Positions 32,554 to 44,350 of a stretch of 64,000 nucleotides of DNA are shown here, piece after piece. The stretch comes from Macrostomum hystrix (lineage: Eukaryota > Animalia > Platyhelminthes). Where the stretch lies: the NCBI GenBank assembly GCA_950097015.1, contig CATNEN010000024.1:1922001-1986000 (forward strand), written 5' to 3'. A program made the translations under genes and the position numbers. The notes under the pieces are model-generated. The model was not told the DNA's origin. It did no database searches and saw only the letters and a list, made by a program, of their open reading frames with translations. Position 1 is the first letter of the stretch; every line of letters begins with the position of its first letter.

Positions 32554-32838
32554 GTCATTTCATCTGCCACCTTTTAATCTGGGAATATATGATATAATCC
32601 ATTCTTCTAAACAAAAAATCAGCACCTAATCGGCATGCACATTTCAATAATATTTCTATGAATGATGTTATTAAACAAAAATTAAATTTTTATGTTTAAT
32701 AAATGTATATAAACAGTAATAAACAGTAATTACTTTCTGTAATAAAGAAATGTTGTAGAATAATATGTTCTTACAGTTCTCATCCTTTTTTAAATAGTCA
32801 TTTTGTCTGCCAGCAAAAAAGGTGGCAGATGAAATGAC
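32554..32838. mobile_element. AT-rich MITE with 22-bp TIR (GTCATTTCATCTGCCACCTTTT)
   Basis: Perfect inverted match between 32554-32575 and 32817-32838; no TSD identified. Confidence 0.6.
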
Positions 32839-32869
32839 TGCCTACCTTACTAATGTATCCAATGCTCCC

Positions 32870-33553
32870 CCATAGTCAGGAAGGTGGCCTCTGAGGCGGA
32901 AAATTCCGGCGCACACAAAGGGTCTCGGAGCACATCGGCGCACAAGCGTGGCGCACACAAAGGGTCTCGGCGCACATTGGCGCACAAGTGCGGCGCACAC
33001 AAAGGGTCTCGGCGCACATTGGCCCATAAGCTGCAGTACACACTATAATTTCCTAGAAGTCGTAATTTGTCGTGAATTGCATATTTGTTATTCTAACAGC
33101 ATTTTTCAAATATTGAAATTGTTCATAATTTTTGAAATCGTATGATTGAACATCTTAGTGGTATCATTGTCGTAACTCGTAAATATTTTTCGTATTTCTT
33201 GTTTCCCATCAACTGTCTGAACTGTGTTACAACTTACAATTACTGCTTTCGTTTCAATTCAGTTCTTTTCAATATTACATATATATCTGCGATCTGCAAT
33301 CTGTGAATGCGATAACCTAACTGTATGATGAACGTATTTTATTTCGTAACATTAATACATCATATAACCCTTAGGTTAACATAGGGTGCTTTTCTGTGTA
33401 GGGTCAGGGCTAGGGGACAGAAACAGCGCATAGACGGCACACAGATGGCGCACAGACGGTGCACAGACGGCGCACAGATGGCGCACAGACGGCGCACAGA
33501 TTGTCCCTCCAAAATTTATTCCGGCGCACACTCTGCCACCTTCCTGACTATGG
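32870..33553. mobile_element. Non-autonomous DNA transposon with 19-bp TIR (CCATAGTCAGGAAGGTGGC) and 8-bp TSD
   Basis: TSD ATGCTCCC at 32862-32869 and 33554-33561; GCGCAC-rich subterminal repeats at ~32910-33025 and ~33425-33530. Confidence 0.85.
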
Positions 33554-34355
33554 ATGCTCCCCAATTCTACATTCATGTATTCCATGACATAGAATCTAAA
33601 GGTCTTAAATACCTATATGATGTAGAGAGATCTCTGTGGCAATACTCTTTTGCATATTTAATTATTTTACAAAAGATAAAAACCTTATTTGTTGCTGCAT
33701 GTAAAAACCTAAACTTGCACAAGTTTTCAAATGATAGGGCAGTGTATGGCTATGACTATTGCCAAAACCAAAAAGAAAGAGAGAAGAGAAAGGGTGAGAA
33801 GTACTAGGAGCAAAATATGATTTTGTTTTTGTTGTGTTAGCTTGTGATTCCTTGTTACCTTTGGCAACATTCTTCTATGGGTAGCACACAGTACTAGATT
33901 ATCCAAGTGCACAACTATGACATCTGATTAGCTAATTGGTTGTAGCTTATTTGTTGTTTGTCATTGCCTATATTTTTTGCTATAAAGAAAGTTAAAATTG
34001 TGGTTGTAAAATACATTTGAACTAAATGTGCAAAACATTGCCATATCTGCTAGCCATAGCTAAAATTATCACAATTTTAACTTGGTCTATATGATCTGTA
34101 TCACTACTATTACTATGCATTTTTTCTTTTTGACAAAGCCAAACTTTCAGAAAATCATCTAATCATATAATGAAATTGTGCTACTTGAAAACTTATTGAA
34201 ATTGAACTGATTGAAATTACTTGAATTAGTTCTTAAAGTAACTTTTTTAATTATATTTGTATTTGACTTTACTGAGTTCATCTGATGAAGTAATTAATAT
34301 ATTATTTAACCTTAACATAAACTATTTCAGCTGTTTTATTATTTAGTCAGCCACC

Positions 34356-37300
34356 ATGCCAGGTCTACTTATGCACTCTTTATTATCAGAAACTATATCA
34401 AACAATACAGATAACTGTACAGATGGAGTTAAATGGATTTACAATGTCTTGAAACAATGTGTCCAAGATACAAAAGGCTACACTGCAGTTATTATGGGCA
34501 TTGTTTCCATCTTCGCTTGGGCTATTAATGGCCTACCGTGAGTATCATGCATGATTATTATTTTATTATTTATTGCATTGTTATGCTTCACATAGTCACT
34601 GATTCAATCCTGTTCACTCAGTCAGTTTCACTTAACCGAACCTCAAAATTTGTTAAGATTACTTCAGTAAACATTTTTCGCTGCTAAAATTATTTTACTT
34701 TATTTAAATTTTTCTTTAATTACTCAGACAAATGATAGAGAACTGCAAGTCTGGCCTGGCGCACCAGGGTATGTCTATCTATCTGCTCATCTTCTGGACA
34801 ATTGGCGACAACCTAAATTTGGTTGGCTGCTTGCTCACTAACCAGCTGCCACTGCAGACCTACATGGCTGTGTTCTCTATATTTTGCGACATTATTCTGC
34901 TCAGCCAATGGATCGCTGCTTATTTAAGGTTAGTTTTAATTCGCTAAGTCTGAAATTGATCCTAGTAAATAAATCCTCTAACAACTTTAAAAGCCGGCAA
35001 ACCCAACTGGTAGGCATTCCCGACGGTGTTGTCTGCGGACAAGATCTGGCGATCTTTCTCCAGACTCAGCCATTATCAATAGCGAAGCTTCGGCGCCCTC
35101 ACTTTATGCCTGCGTTGCCACCGTCTGGTTGTTCAACTGCGGCGCGGCCTGGTCCGCCTGGCTACCGTCTGGCCCGGCACCAGCTGTGGTCTCCGCTGGC
35201 GGATCTGGTCGCAAACTGCTGTTCTATCAGCCTGTGTTTGTGGTATGCTTGCCTCTTAGGAAGTTGTGTATATATATTCCCTTATTAACATCTCCGCTGT
35301 TCAATCTGTGTGTCCTGAATGACCTTAACGGTTTAGAATCTAGCAGTCCTTATTATTGTGTTGAATCTAGAAGTCCTTATTATTGCGTTAATCTAGAAGT
35401 CCTTATTATTGTGTTGAATCTAGAAGTCCTTATTATTGCGTTAATCTAGAAGTCCTTATTATTGTGTTGAATCTAGAAGTCCTTATTATTGTGTTGAATC
35501 TAGAAGTCCTTATTATTGTGTTGAATCTAGAAGTCCTTATTATTGCTTTAATCTAGAAGTCCTTATTTTTGTGTTGAATCTAGAAGTCCTTATTATTGTA
35601 TTGAATCTAGAGGTCCTTGGTAGCAAACATATAAAACTGAGAAAGCATTCTGTAAAGTTGTACATAAGAAAAGTATTAAAATTTAGTGATTGTTAATAAC
35701 ATTCATTAATTGTTTAACCAATGAAGCGTTGCATTGAGGTTGTGCTTACTTTTTATTTTACTCTTTTTGTCAGAGCACCGAAGATCTGATTGGCTACATT
35801 ATGGGTTGCCTGTCCAGCTGTTGCTACCTGTCAGCGAGAATTCCTCAACTGACTAAGAATGTAAGTTTTATTTTCTACCTAACCCTTATGCCTGTTCATG
35901 GTGTCTGTGTGCCTGTTTTGTGTGGCAGTATGCCTGTTTTGTGTGGCTGTATGCCTGTTTTGTATGGCTGTATGCCTGTTTTGTGTGGCTGTGTGCCTGT
36001 TTTGTGTGGCTGTATGCCTGTTTTGTGTGGCTGTATGCCTGTTTTGTGTGGCAGTATGTCTGTTTATGCTGTCTGTATGCCTGTTTTGTGTGGCTGTATG
36101 CCTGTTTTGTGTGGCAGTATGCCTGTTTTGTGTGGCAGTGTGCCTGTTTTGTGTGGCAGTATGCCTGTTTTGTGTGGCAGTGTGCCTGTTTATGCTGTCT
36201 GTATGCCTGTTTTGTGTGGCTGTATGCCTGTTTTGTGTGGCTGTATGCCTGTTTTGTGTGGCTGTATGCCTGATTTGTGTGGCTGTATGCCTGTTTTGTG
36301 TGACTGTATGCTTGATTTGTGTGGCTGTATGCCTGTTTTGTGTGGCTGTATGCCTGTAGGGGTGTCAGATTGGCAGTGCCGTCCTGTCTCTCACATTGCA
36401 GTTCCTTCGCCGCAGCACGCAAGGCCTTAGCATGGGCCTATTCGCCCTTGCTCTGGTGGGCAACGCCACATACTCGGCGCAGATCTTTCTTACTGACACA
36501 AGTAGCATGTTTATCCTAAAGCACTTACCCTGGATTCTGGGCTCTCTGGGCGTGATGTCACTGGATATTGTTGTGAGTAGCCTTTGCTTTTTCTCTCTAA
36601 TGGCGTTTCAATTTCCTGAAATTTCACTTCGCCGAAACCAAATTGCCTGGCCTTATTACTTTGCCTTTCGGTGATGTCAGATTGACTGACTGAAATTGAC
36701 CGTTTCAGCGAAGTAAGATTCTAGGAAAGTGAAATCCTTTCCGTTTCTTGATTCCCATTGGATTTTCCTCGATTTTAAAAGAAATGTTTGATTCTATGTT
36801 TAAAATGTCCCATAGATTCCTAGTAATAACAATAATAACTACAGGAGGGCTGCAGGGAAATGGCACATCATTTGGTGACACTAGACACTCAGCCACGCTC
36901 ACACAGGTGTGTACATCTGCCCTCTCACTGTGCCTTGGAGGTTGGCCCTCAATAGCGTAAATTGCACGACAAGCCCTCAAGCATTCTCTCCACGACTGCA
37001 CCCTAAATGAATGTGGCCTCGCCGTGGAATCGAGCTCAGGGACCCTGGCGCGAGAGGCAAACGCGTTAACCGTTCTACCACTCACCCCCATAGATTCCTG
37101 TAGACACGGGAGAGATGAGACTCGGGAGAGATGAGACAGGAGATGACACAGAAGAGAAGAGATGAGACACAGAAAAGTTATGACACGGGAGGGATGAGAC
37201 AGACTAGAGTAGGTGTAGGGAGCTACGAGGGCACCTGGGACTCTCGCATTCGGGAATCTAGAATACGATGTCCTAGAGTACTACTGATAAGTAGTGCAAC

Positions 37301-37452
37301 TCTACTCGTATATAATTTTCCTTCAAACATTTGATGGTCAGATGCTTGGACAGTTTATCGCCTATCGGCACAAGTCGCCGATGCAGCTGCCGATAACTTC
37401 AGCCGAAGAAGATTGCACGTCGGACGATGAAAAAAACCTTATCCACACCTAG
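34356..37452 (+). CDS. SLC66A1: PQ-loop lysosomal cationic amino acid transporter (PQLC2/SLC66A1/LAAT-1-like), ~326 aa, 6 exons
   Basis: Exons 34356-34537, 34728-34928, 35014-35242, 35774-35860, 36402-36572, 37342-37452 (981 nt, phases consistent); two PQ motifs (GLPQMIEN, ARIPQLTKN), GDNLNLVGCLLTNQLPLQTY, FLRRSTQGLS, LPWILGSLG; C-terminal DEKNLI dileucine-type lysosomal signal. Confidence 0.9.
35335..35615. repeat. 27-bp minisatellite (AATCTAGAAGTCCTTATTATTGTGTTG)
   Basis: Tandem repetition in PQLC2 intron 3. Confidence 0.95.
35905..36356. repeat. 21-bp minisatellite (TGCCTGTTTTGTGTGGCTGTA)
   Basis: Tandem repetition in PQLC2 intron 4. Confidence 0.95.
36824..37089 (-). mobile_element. tRNA-derived SINE family 2, internally deleted copy
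   Basis: Reverse complement of the family at 61674-62049 (tRNA head, GAGGGCCAACCTCCAAGGCACAGT body, ATT tail). Confidence 0.85.
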
Positions 37453-38629
37453 AAATAGCACTCAGACTGAGTAGTATTGTGCATGCGGCTTTGCAATGCC
37501 TTGTTGTAAGTGATTACCAATGGCTGTGACGTGCTTTTTACCTTTCAGTCGATCAATTTTATCAATTTAATTGCTATCTGGCAATTCAATTGATTGAACC
37601 GAAGAAGTAATGCTTTAGTGTCGATTCACTGAAATTTCTACTTCGGCTAATACTGTGATGAGAATCGAACTCCAGACGTTACGGTTAGAAGTCCGTAGAC
37701 CTAAGCGTAGTTAATAGTGATATAAATATTTTGTACATAACGGCTGCTGTCACACCATTTAGTGACAATAGATAGACCCACAGCCAGCGAGGAATCTGTC
37801 CATTCCGCTGACTCATGAGCACACGCTCTAGGTACATCTGCCCTGACTTTCTCATCGTCAGGCAGTGTACACTCTCACTGTGCCTCAGAGATTTGCTCTC
37901 AATGTTTAATTGTGATTGAAACTTGATATTTACAGTGTCGCCTAGGCTTAGGTGTTGTGGAAAATACACAAAAATGTCTGGCAAACTGCAATAATCAACC
38001 AATTTTGTTTTTCAACATTAGTTTCCTTTTACTCCCGATGACTGCGTTATTCTCTGCACTGCGCTAGTTACCCTGTTTAACAATGGCTATGCAATGTGAA
38101 TTTTCTGCAATCATTTCTTAATCAAACGAGAAATAGTGCTCAGGTGGGGTAATAGTAAAAGTGATTAGCAGTCATTTGCTCTCCTTATCCTTCTATCCAT
38201 CCGCTCTGAGCACTGTTTTATAAAATTTCTAAGCAATCTGCCTTGGTAAATTAGCTGTTAACCTTTGTACAGCTTGCATTATAAATTATTTTCATTAAGA
38301 ATAGTTAATGTAACTGGCGATGTCCAATCAAAATATTTCGACTTATCCAATGTCAGCTTGTCTTTTTTTCAATTATTACAGTCTCATTTGCCTTCTACAT
38401 TTTGTTAAAGTTTTATAACAGCTCTATAACGCACCTATGTGGTTCGCTCAGCTGTTCATATCGGGTTTTTTCTATCTCGAAAGCTGAAGTTTAACGTTTT
38501 TTCCCCTGTTTTTTTGTTTGATGCTTGCAATCTTCAGTGCCTGCTTAAATACGTTAACACTATATGCGTTTTATTACTGTATGTTATCGTAAGGTCTGCT
38601 GAGCAATCGTTATCTAACCTCTCACCCTA

Positions 38630-39205
38630 GATCTCTCCCTGAAGAATCTGGATCTCTCCCCTGAAGAATCTGGATCTCTCCCCTGAAGAATCTGGATCTC
38701 TCCCCTGAAGAATCTGGATCTCTCCCCTGAAGAATCTGGATCTCTCCCCTGAAGAATCTGGATCTCTCCCTGGAGAATCTGGATCTCTCCCCTGAAGAAT
38801 CTGGATCTCTCCCCTGAAGAATCTGGATCTCTCCCCTGAAGGATCTACATCTCCCCCAGAAGGATCTATATCTCTCCGCTGAATGATCAAGCTCTCTTCC
38901 CTGAACGATCTTAATCATTCCTCTGAAGGATCTAGATCTCTTCCCTGAACGATCTTAATCATTCCTCTGAAGGATCTAGATCTCTTCCCTGAAGGATCTT
39001 AATCATTCCTCTGAAGGATCTAGATCTCTTCCCTGAAGGATCTTAATCATTCCTCTGAAGGATCTAGATCTCTTCCCTGAAGGATCTTAATCATTCCTCT
39101 GAAGGATCTAGATCTCTTCCCTGAAGGATCTTAATCATTCCTCTAAAGGATCTAGATCTCTTCCCTGAAGGATCTTAATCATTCCTCTGAAGGATCTAGA
39201 TCTCA
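38630..39205. repeat. 22-bp minisatellite grading into a related 44-bp dimeric repeat
   Basis: CTCTCCCCTGAAGAATCTGGAT units (38630-38880), then CTCTTCCCTGAAGGATCTTAATCATTCCTCTGAAGGATCTAGAT units. Confidence 0.93.
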
Positions 39206-39699
39206 CTCAGTCACAAGGATGTTGATATTTCCCCTGGATATGCGGATCTCAATCTCACCCTAAAGGACCTAAATCTTATCCTACAGGATTCAAGTCTTCC
39301 TAAATTCGGACTCATTAAAAGCTTTTATTGCTAGCTTGGTGTTTGGAAAGTTTTTGTTTTGTTTTGTTTTACATTTTTTGCGATGGCTGATTTTATTTTT
39401 AATGCGTACTCAGACACTTGTTGCGCTTCGATTAGCTTGATTCGCGTTAGAATCTGAATGCAGTGCGGTTAACTAATTAATTTTTGGCTCTCAGTATTTC
39501 GTGTATTAAATTATTTACGTACTAATTTGCATATTGCATGTCAGTGCATGCTTTCTTCATACCTCGGGTAGTGCTCGTCTTTGTATAATATAATTTTCAT
39601 AAATATAAATCAGGTTGCAATGCTGATTTCAGCGGTGATTATTTAAAGCTTGAGTTTTGCCTAGTCAGCTTTCTACTCACTTTCCTTATAAGCAATATT

Positions 39700-40845
39700 T
39701 CTCCACACTATCCCTCATTTCCCAACTATATCCCTCATTTCCCTACTATATTCTCATTTCCCTGCTATATCACTCATTTTCCTACTATATCCCTCATTTG
39801 CCTATAATATCCCTCATTTCCCAACTATATCCCTCATTTCCCTACTATATTCTCATTTCCCTGCTATATCACTCATTTTCCTACTATATCCCTCATTTGC
39901 CTATAATATCCCTCATTTCCCTACTATATCCCTCATTTCCCTACTATATTCTCATTTCCCTGCTATATCACTCATTTTCCTACTATATCCCTCATTTGCC
40001 TATAATATCCCTCATTTCCCTACTATATCCATCATTTCCTAATATATCCTTATGTCCTCATTTCCCTACTATATCCCTCCTTTCCCTACTATATCCTCAT
40101 TTCCCTGCTATATCCCTCCTTTCCCTGCTATATCCCTCATTTGCCTACTATATCCCTCATTTGCCTACTATATCGTTATGTCCTCATTTCCCTACTATAT
40201 CCCTCCTTTCCCTACTATATCCTCATTTCCCTACTATATCCCTCACTTCCCTACTATATCCCTCCTTTCCCTACTATATCCCTCATTTGCCTACTATATC
40301 CCTCATTTGCCTACTATATCCCTATGTCCTCATTTCCCTACTATATCCCTCCTTTCCCTACTATATCCTCATTTCCCTGCTATATCCCTCACTTCCCTAC
40401 TATATCCTCATTTCCCTACTATATCCCTCCTTTCCCTACTATCTCCTCATTTCCCTGCTATATCCTCATTTCCCTACTATATCCATCATTTCCTAATATA
40501 TCCCTCATTTCCCTACTATATTCTCATTTTCCAAATATGTCCTCATTTCCCTGCTATATCCCTCATTTCCCTACTATATCCATCATTTCCTAATATATCC
40601 CTCATTTCCCTACTATATTCTCATTTTCCAAATATGTCCTCATTTCCCTGCTATATCCCTCATTTCCCTACTATATCCTCATTTCCCTACTATATCCCTT
40701 ATTTCCCTACTATATCCTCATTTCCCTACTATATCCCTTATTTCCCTACTATATTCTCATTTTCCAAATATGTCCTCATTTCCCTGCTATATCCCTCATT
40801 TCCCTACTGTATCCCTCATTTCCCTACTATTTCCCTCATTTCTTA
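39700..40845. repeat. Degenerate ~20-bp C/T-rich minisatellite (CCCTACTATATCCCTCATTT)
   Basis: Tandem repetition ending ~70 bp before the LCMT1 start. Confidence 0.93.
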
Positions 40846-40918
40846 TCGACACTCCGGGCGCTCTGACAGCCGGTATTGCAGCCAGCCAGTCTAACTCAGC
40901 CGCATCTTTTGACAAGCC

Positions 40919-43103
40919 ATGTCAGACTTGGCCGTGCAGCTAACCAACGATGATGCGGCCGCTTCCAAGCGACACGCCGTTCGCCTTGGCTACTACGAAG
41001 ATCCCTTTCTGCCTGCGGTTGCTCGCAGCTTCAGCGGCGGCGGATTTATGAGCGGAGACGCAAATAAGCCGCCAGAGATTAGCCGCGGCTATTGGGCCAG
41101 GGTGGCTGCGCTGCGAGCTATGCTAATTAGCCTGCTGCGACAGGTTGGCCAGTGCCAGGTATAGTCTGTTTTTTGTTCAAATTTTTTTTGCTGCTATATA
41201 TTGTGTATAAAGTGGCATTGTGTTGGGATCATTGGGACTAGGAATCAAGATCATTTTGCTTAGGATTCGGAATCACGGTTGAAATGGAGGATATGGAGAG
41301 AGGAGGAATATTTGTTGGGATTTGGGATCATTGTGGTTGGGATTCGGGATCATTGTTGGGATTCGGAACCGTTATTTTTGGGATTCAGGATCATAATTGT
41401 TGGGATTCAGGATCATAATTGTTTGGATTCGGGATCATAATTGTTGGGATTCGGGATTATAATTGTTGGGATTCGGGATCATAATTGTTGGGATTCGGGA
41501 TTATAATTGTTGGGATTCGGGATCATAATTGTTGGGATTCGGGATTATAATTGTTGGGATTCGGGATCATTATTGTTGAAATTCGGGATTATTGTGGTTG
41601 GGATTCGGGATCATTGTGGTTGGGATTGGGGATTATTGTGGTTAGGATTCAGGATCATTGTTGTTGGGATTCTGGATTTTGGTTTGAATTTTGGATCATG
41701 TCGTTAGTACCTAAGTCATAGCGGTTGGGATTCTGGATAAATATGTTCAGGATTTTTATAACTGTTCTTAATAGTCAGTGATTGAGTTTAGGAAATGTTT
41801 TATAGAATTAAGTATAGCCATGGATTACGAATGAATGAGTGATCAATATTGATTTCGATGTATCGTATAATAGCAATCGGTAAGAGATGAGTAGTTCATA
41901 GCCAAGCTCAATCTCGACTTCAGGTAGTGAACCTGGGTTCCGGCTCGGACACCACCTACCTGTGCCTCCGGTCTACCTGGCCCCAGGCCGATTGGCTGCC
42001 AACCAAATGGGTGGACGTTGACCTGAGCGACAACACCAGCCGCAAGGTGCTCCAGATGACATCGACGCGTCAATTGTTGGAAGCCATTGGGGGTGACGAT
42101 GTAGACATTGTGCACAATAGGCACGAGCTTCACGCTGATCCTTATCACATTGTGCCGGCTGATCTGCGCGACTCATCGTCTCTAATTAGCACTCTGCGGT
42201 CCGGTGGCTGCGGCTTGAGTCCTGCCCGCCCAACACTGTTTGTGGCTGAGTGCGTGCTCGTCTACCTGCCTAGCGAGGCCAGCGAGCGGCTGCTGACGGC
42301 TCTGGCTGCCGAGTTTGTCCAGTCAGCTCTACTGCACTACGAACAGGTGAGGCGGCATCGCTTGTTGATTCTTTATTATAATTCGTCAAATATTTTGGTT
42401 CGTTCAATATGGCATATTTCTCTAGATTCTCTATATTTGTCTGCATTCGGCTGTACATTCGTTGAATTTCTTAATTCGTTGGAAGTCCTAATTCGTTGAA
42501 TTCTTGATTCGTTGAATTTCTTAATTCGTTGATTGTCTTTATTCGTTGAATTCGTTAAAAGTCTTAATTAATTGAATGTCTTAATTCGTTGAATTTCTTA
42601 ATTCGTTGAATGTCTCAATTCGTTGAATGTCTCCATTCGTTGAATTTCTTAATTCGTTAAATTTATTGATTCGTTAAAGTTCTTTAATCAACATTTAATC
42701 CTTTATCCTTATTGAATTATATCCGAATTACACCTGTTCTGTTACTAAATTGTTAGGAAATCGATTCCCACAGGTAAATCTGAGCGATCGCTTCGGCGAA
42801 GTGATGCTGGCCAATTTTCGCACCCGCGGCTGTGACCTGGCCGGCTCGGCCGCCTGCGCCAGCGAGGACTCGCAGCGTCAGCGGCTGCTGCGCGCCGGCT
42901 GGCACTCAGCCTCAGTGTGGACAATGCGCCGAGTCTACGCTGAACTGCCGCAGGCGGCCAGGTCTCGAATTGAACGCATTGAAATGCTGGACGAACGCGA
43001 AGGATTTGACCAGCTCTTGGAGCACTACTGCATCGCCTACGGCGCCTCCGCGCCCTTTCCTGCCCAGCTGGATCTGGCGCACTGCTTGGCAACCGTGCGA
43101 TGA
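40919..43103 (+). CDS. LCMT1: Leucine carboxyl methyltransferase 1 (PP2A methyltransferase), ~330 aa, 3 exons
   Basis: Exons 40919-41158, 41924-42346, 42774-43103 (993 nt); motifs ASKRHAVRLGYYEDPF, PEISRGYWARV, QVVNLGSGSDT, VAECVLVYL, YEQVNLSDRFGEVM, RIERIEMLDE...LLEHYC. Confidence 0.93.
41310..41680. repeat. 22-bp minisatellite (TTGTTGGGATTCGGGATCATAA)
   Basis: Tandem repetition in LCMT1 intron 1. Confidence 0.9.
42460..42690. repeat. 17-bp minisatellite (ATTCGTTGAATTTCTTA)
   Basis: Tandem repetition in LCMT1 intron 2. Confidence 0.9.
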
Positions 43104-43290
43104 CCAATCTGTGCGCTCCGCACTGCTCAATTGCTACTCCGTTTGCTTCTGATTGTGACCTTGCTTCTCCCTGCTTCCCATTCTATCATCCCGATTTACA
43201 ATCTTCCTCTTCCCCTCTTCGCCTTTTCTTTCCCCTCCTCATTCTATTCTTCTTACATTTTATCTACCCCATCTACCCTCTACCCTAAAT

Positions 43291-43643
43291 ATAATAGTAA
43301 TCATTGCAGGACGGCTGCGGGCAAGGGCACATCCTTTGTTTGTTGTTGACACTAGGCAGTTCTTCCCATCTCACTGACTCCTGAGCACACACGTACACAG
43401 ATACTGTACGCAGGCAAACACTCACACAGGTGTTTACATCTGCCCTGATCGACTTTCTCATCGTCAGGCAGTGTACACTTTAACTGTGCCTTGGAGGTTG
43501 GTCCAGAAGGGCGTATATTGCACAACGAGCCCTCAAGCCTTCTCTCCGCGGCTGCGCCCGAAATGAATGTGGCCTCTCGCCGCGGAATCGAGCTCAGGGA
43601 CCTTGGTGCGAGAGGCAAACGCGTTAACCGCTCTAACTACCCC
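43291..43643 (-). mobile_element. tRNA-derived SINE family 2 copy
   Basis: Reverse complement homolog of 61674-62049. Confidence 0.85.
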
Positions 43644-44157
43644 ATCTAGCTTCTACCATATCAACCCTCTACCATGTCTTTCCTCATCCACCGTGTACCC
43701 CTTTTGCCACTTCTCATTTTATTATTCTAGCCTATATAACTTCCCACCAGCTTCAATATCCAGCTTATGCTCTCTCTGCTGCTTTCATTTCTTTTATTTC
43801 TTGATCTACTCCTCTTGATCCCTTCGAATGGACAGTTAGTACGAGCTGCCACTGCAACAATTCGTGATTCTATGAATTGCACCACATTTGTGTCCTCCAT
43901 GATAGCATTATATTCATATTGTAGCTAATCTGTAAGACTCGTCATGGATCTCTTTGGACAAATCATAAATATATAATACATAGATTTTAGCTTGTGTCTC
44001 TTGTGTGTATTGCATGACAATTAAGTTTCTATCTCATTATTTATTTACATCAAAAGCTGGAAGCAAAAGTCACTTACGGGCCTATGTAGAAACGCTCAGG
44101 AAACCTTTTTGAGGTTTTATCCCACTTCACCACCTTAAGTGTTTCAGCAGGCTGTTG

Positions 44158-44350
44158 ACCCAGCTCAGGTGCTTCAGTAACTTATTTCTCCCAGCTCGGG
44201 TGCTTCAGTAAACTTTTCTCCCAGCTCGGGTGCTTCAGTAAACTATTCTCCCAGCTGAGGTGCTTCTGTAAATTAATTCTCCCAGCTCGGGTGCTTCAGT
44301 AAAATATTCTCCAAGCTGAGGTGCTTCAGTAAACTATTCTCCCAGCTCAG
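44158..44350. repeat. ~30-bp repeat whose unit duplicates the splice acceptor of the first PNPLA exon (CCCAGCTCAGGTGCTTCAGTAAACTATTCT)
   Basis: CCAGCT at 44191, 44221, 44251, 44282, 44312 and 44342; the last copy runs into the exon. Confidence 0.88.
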
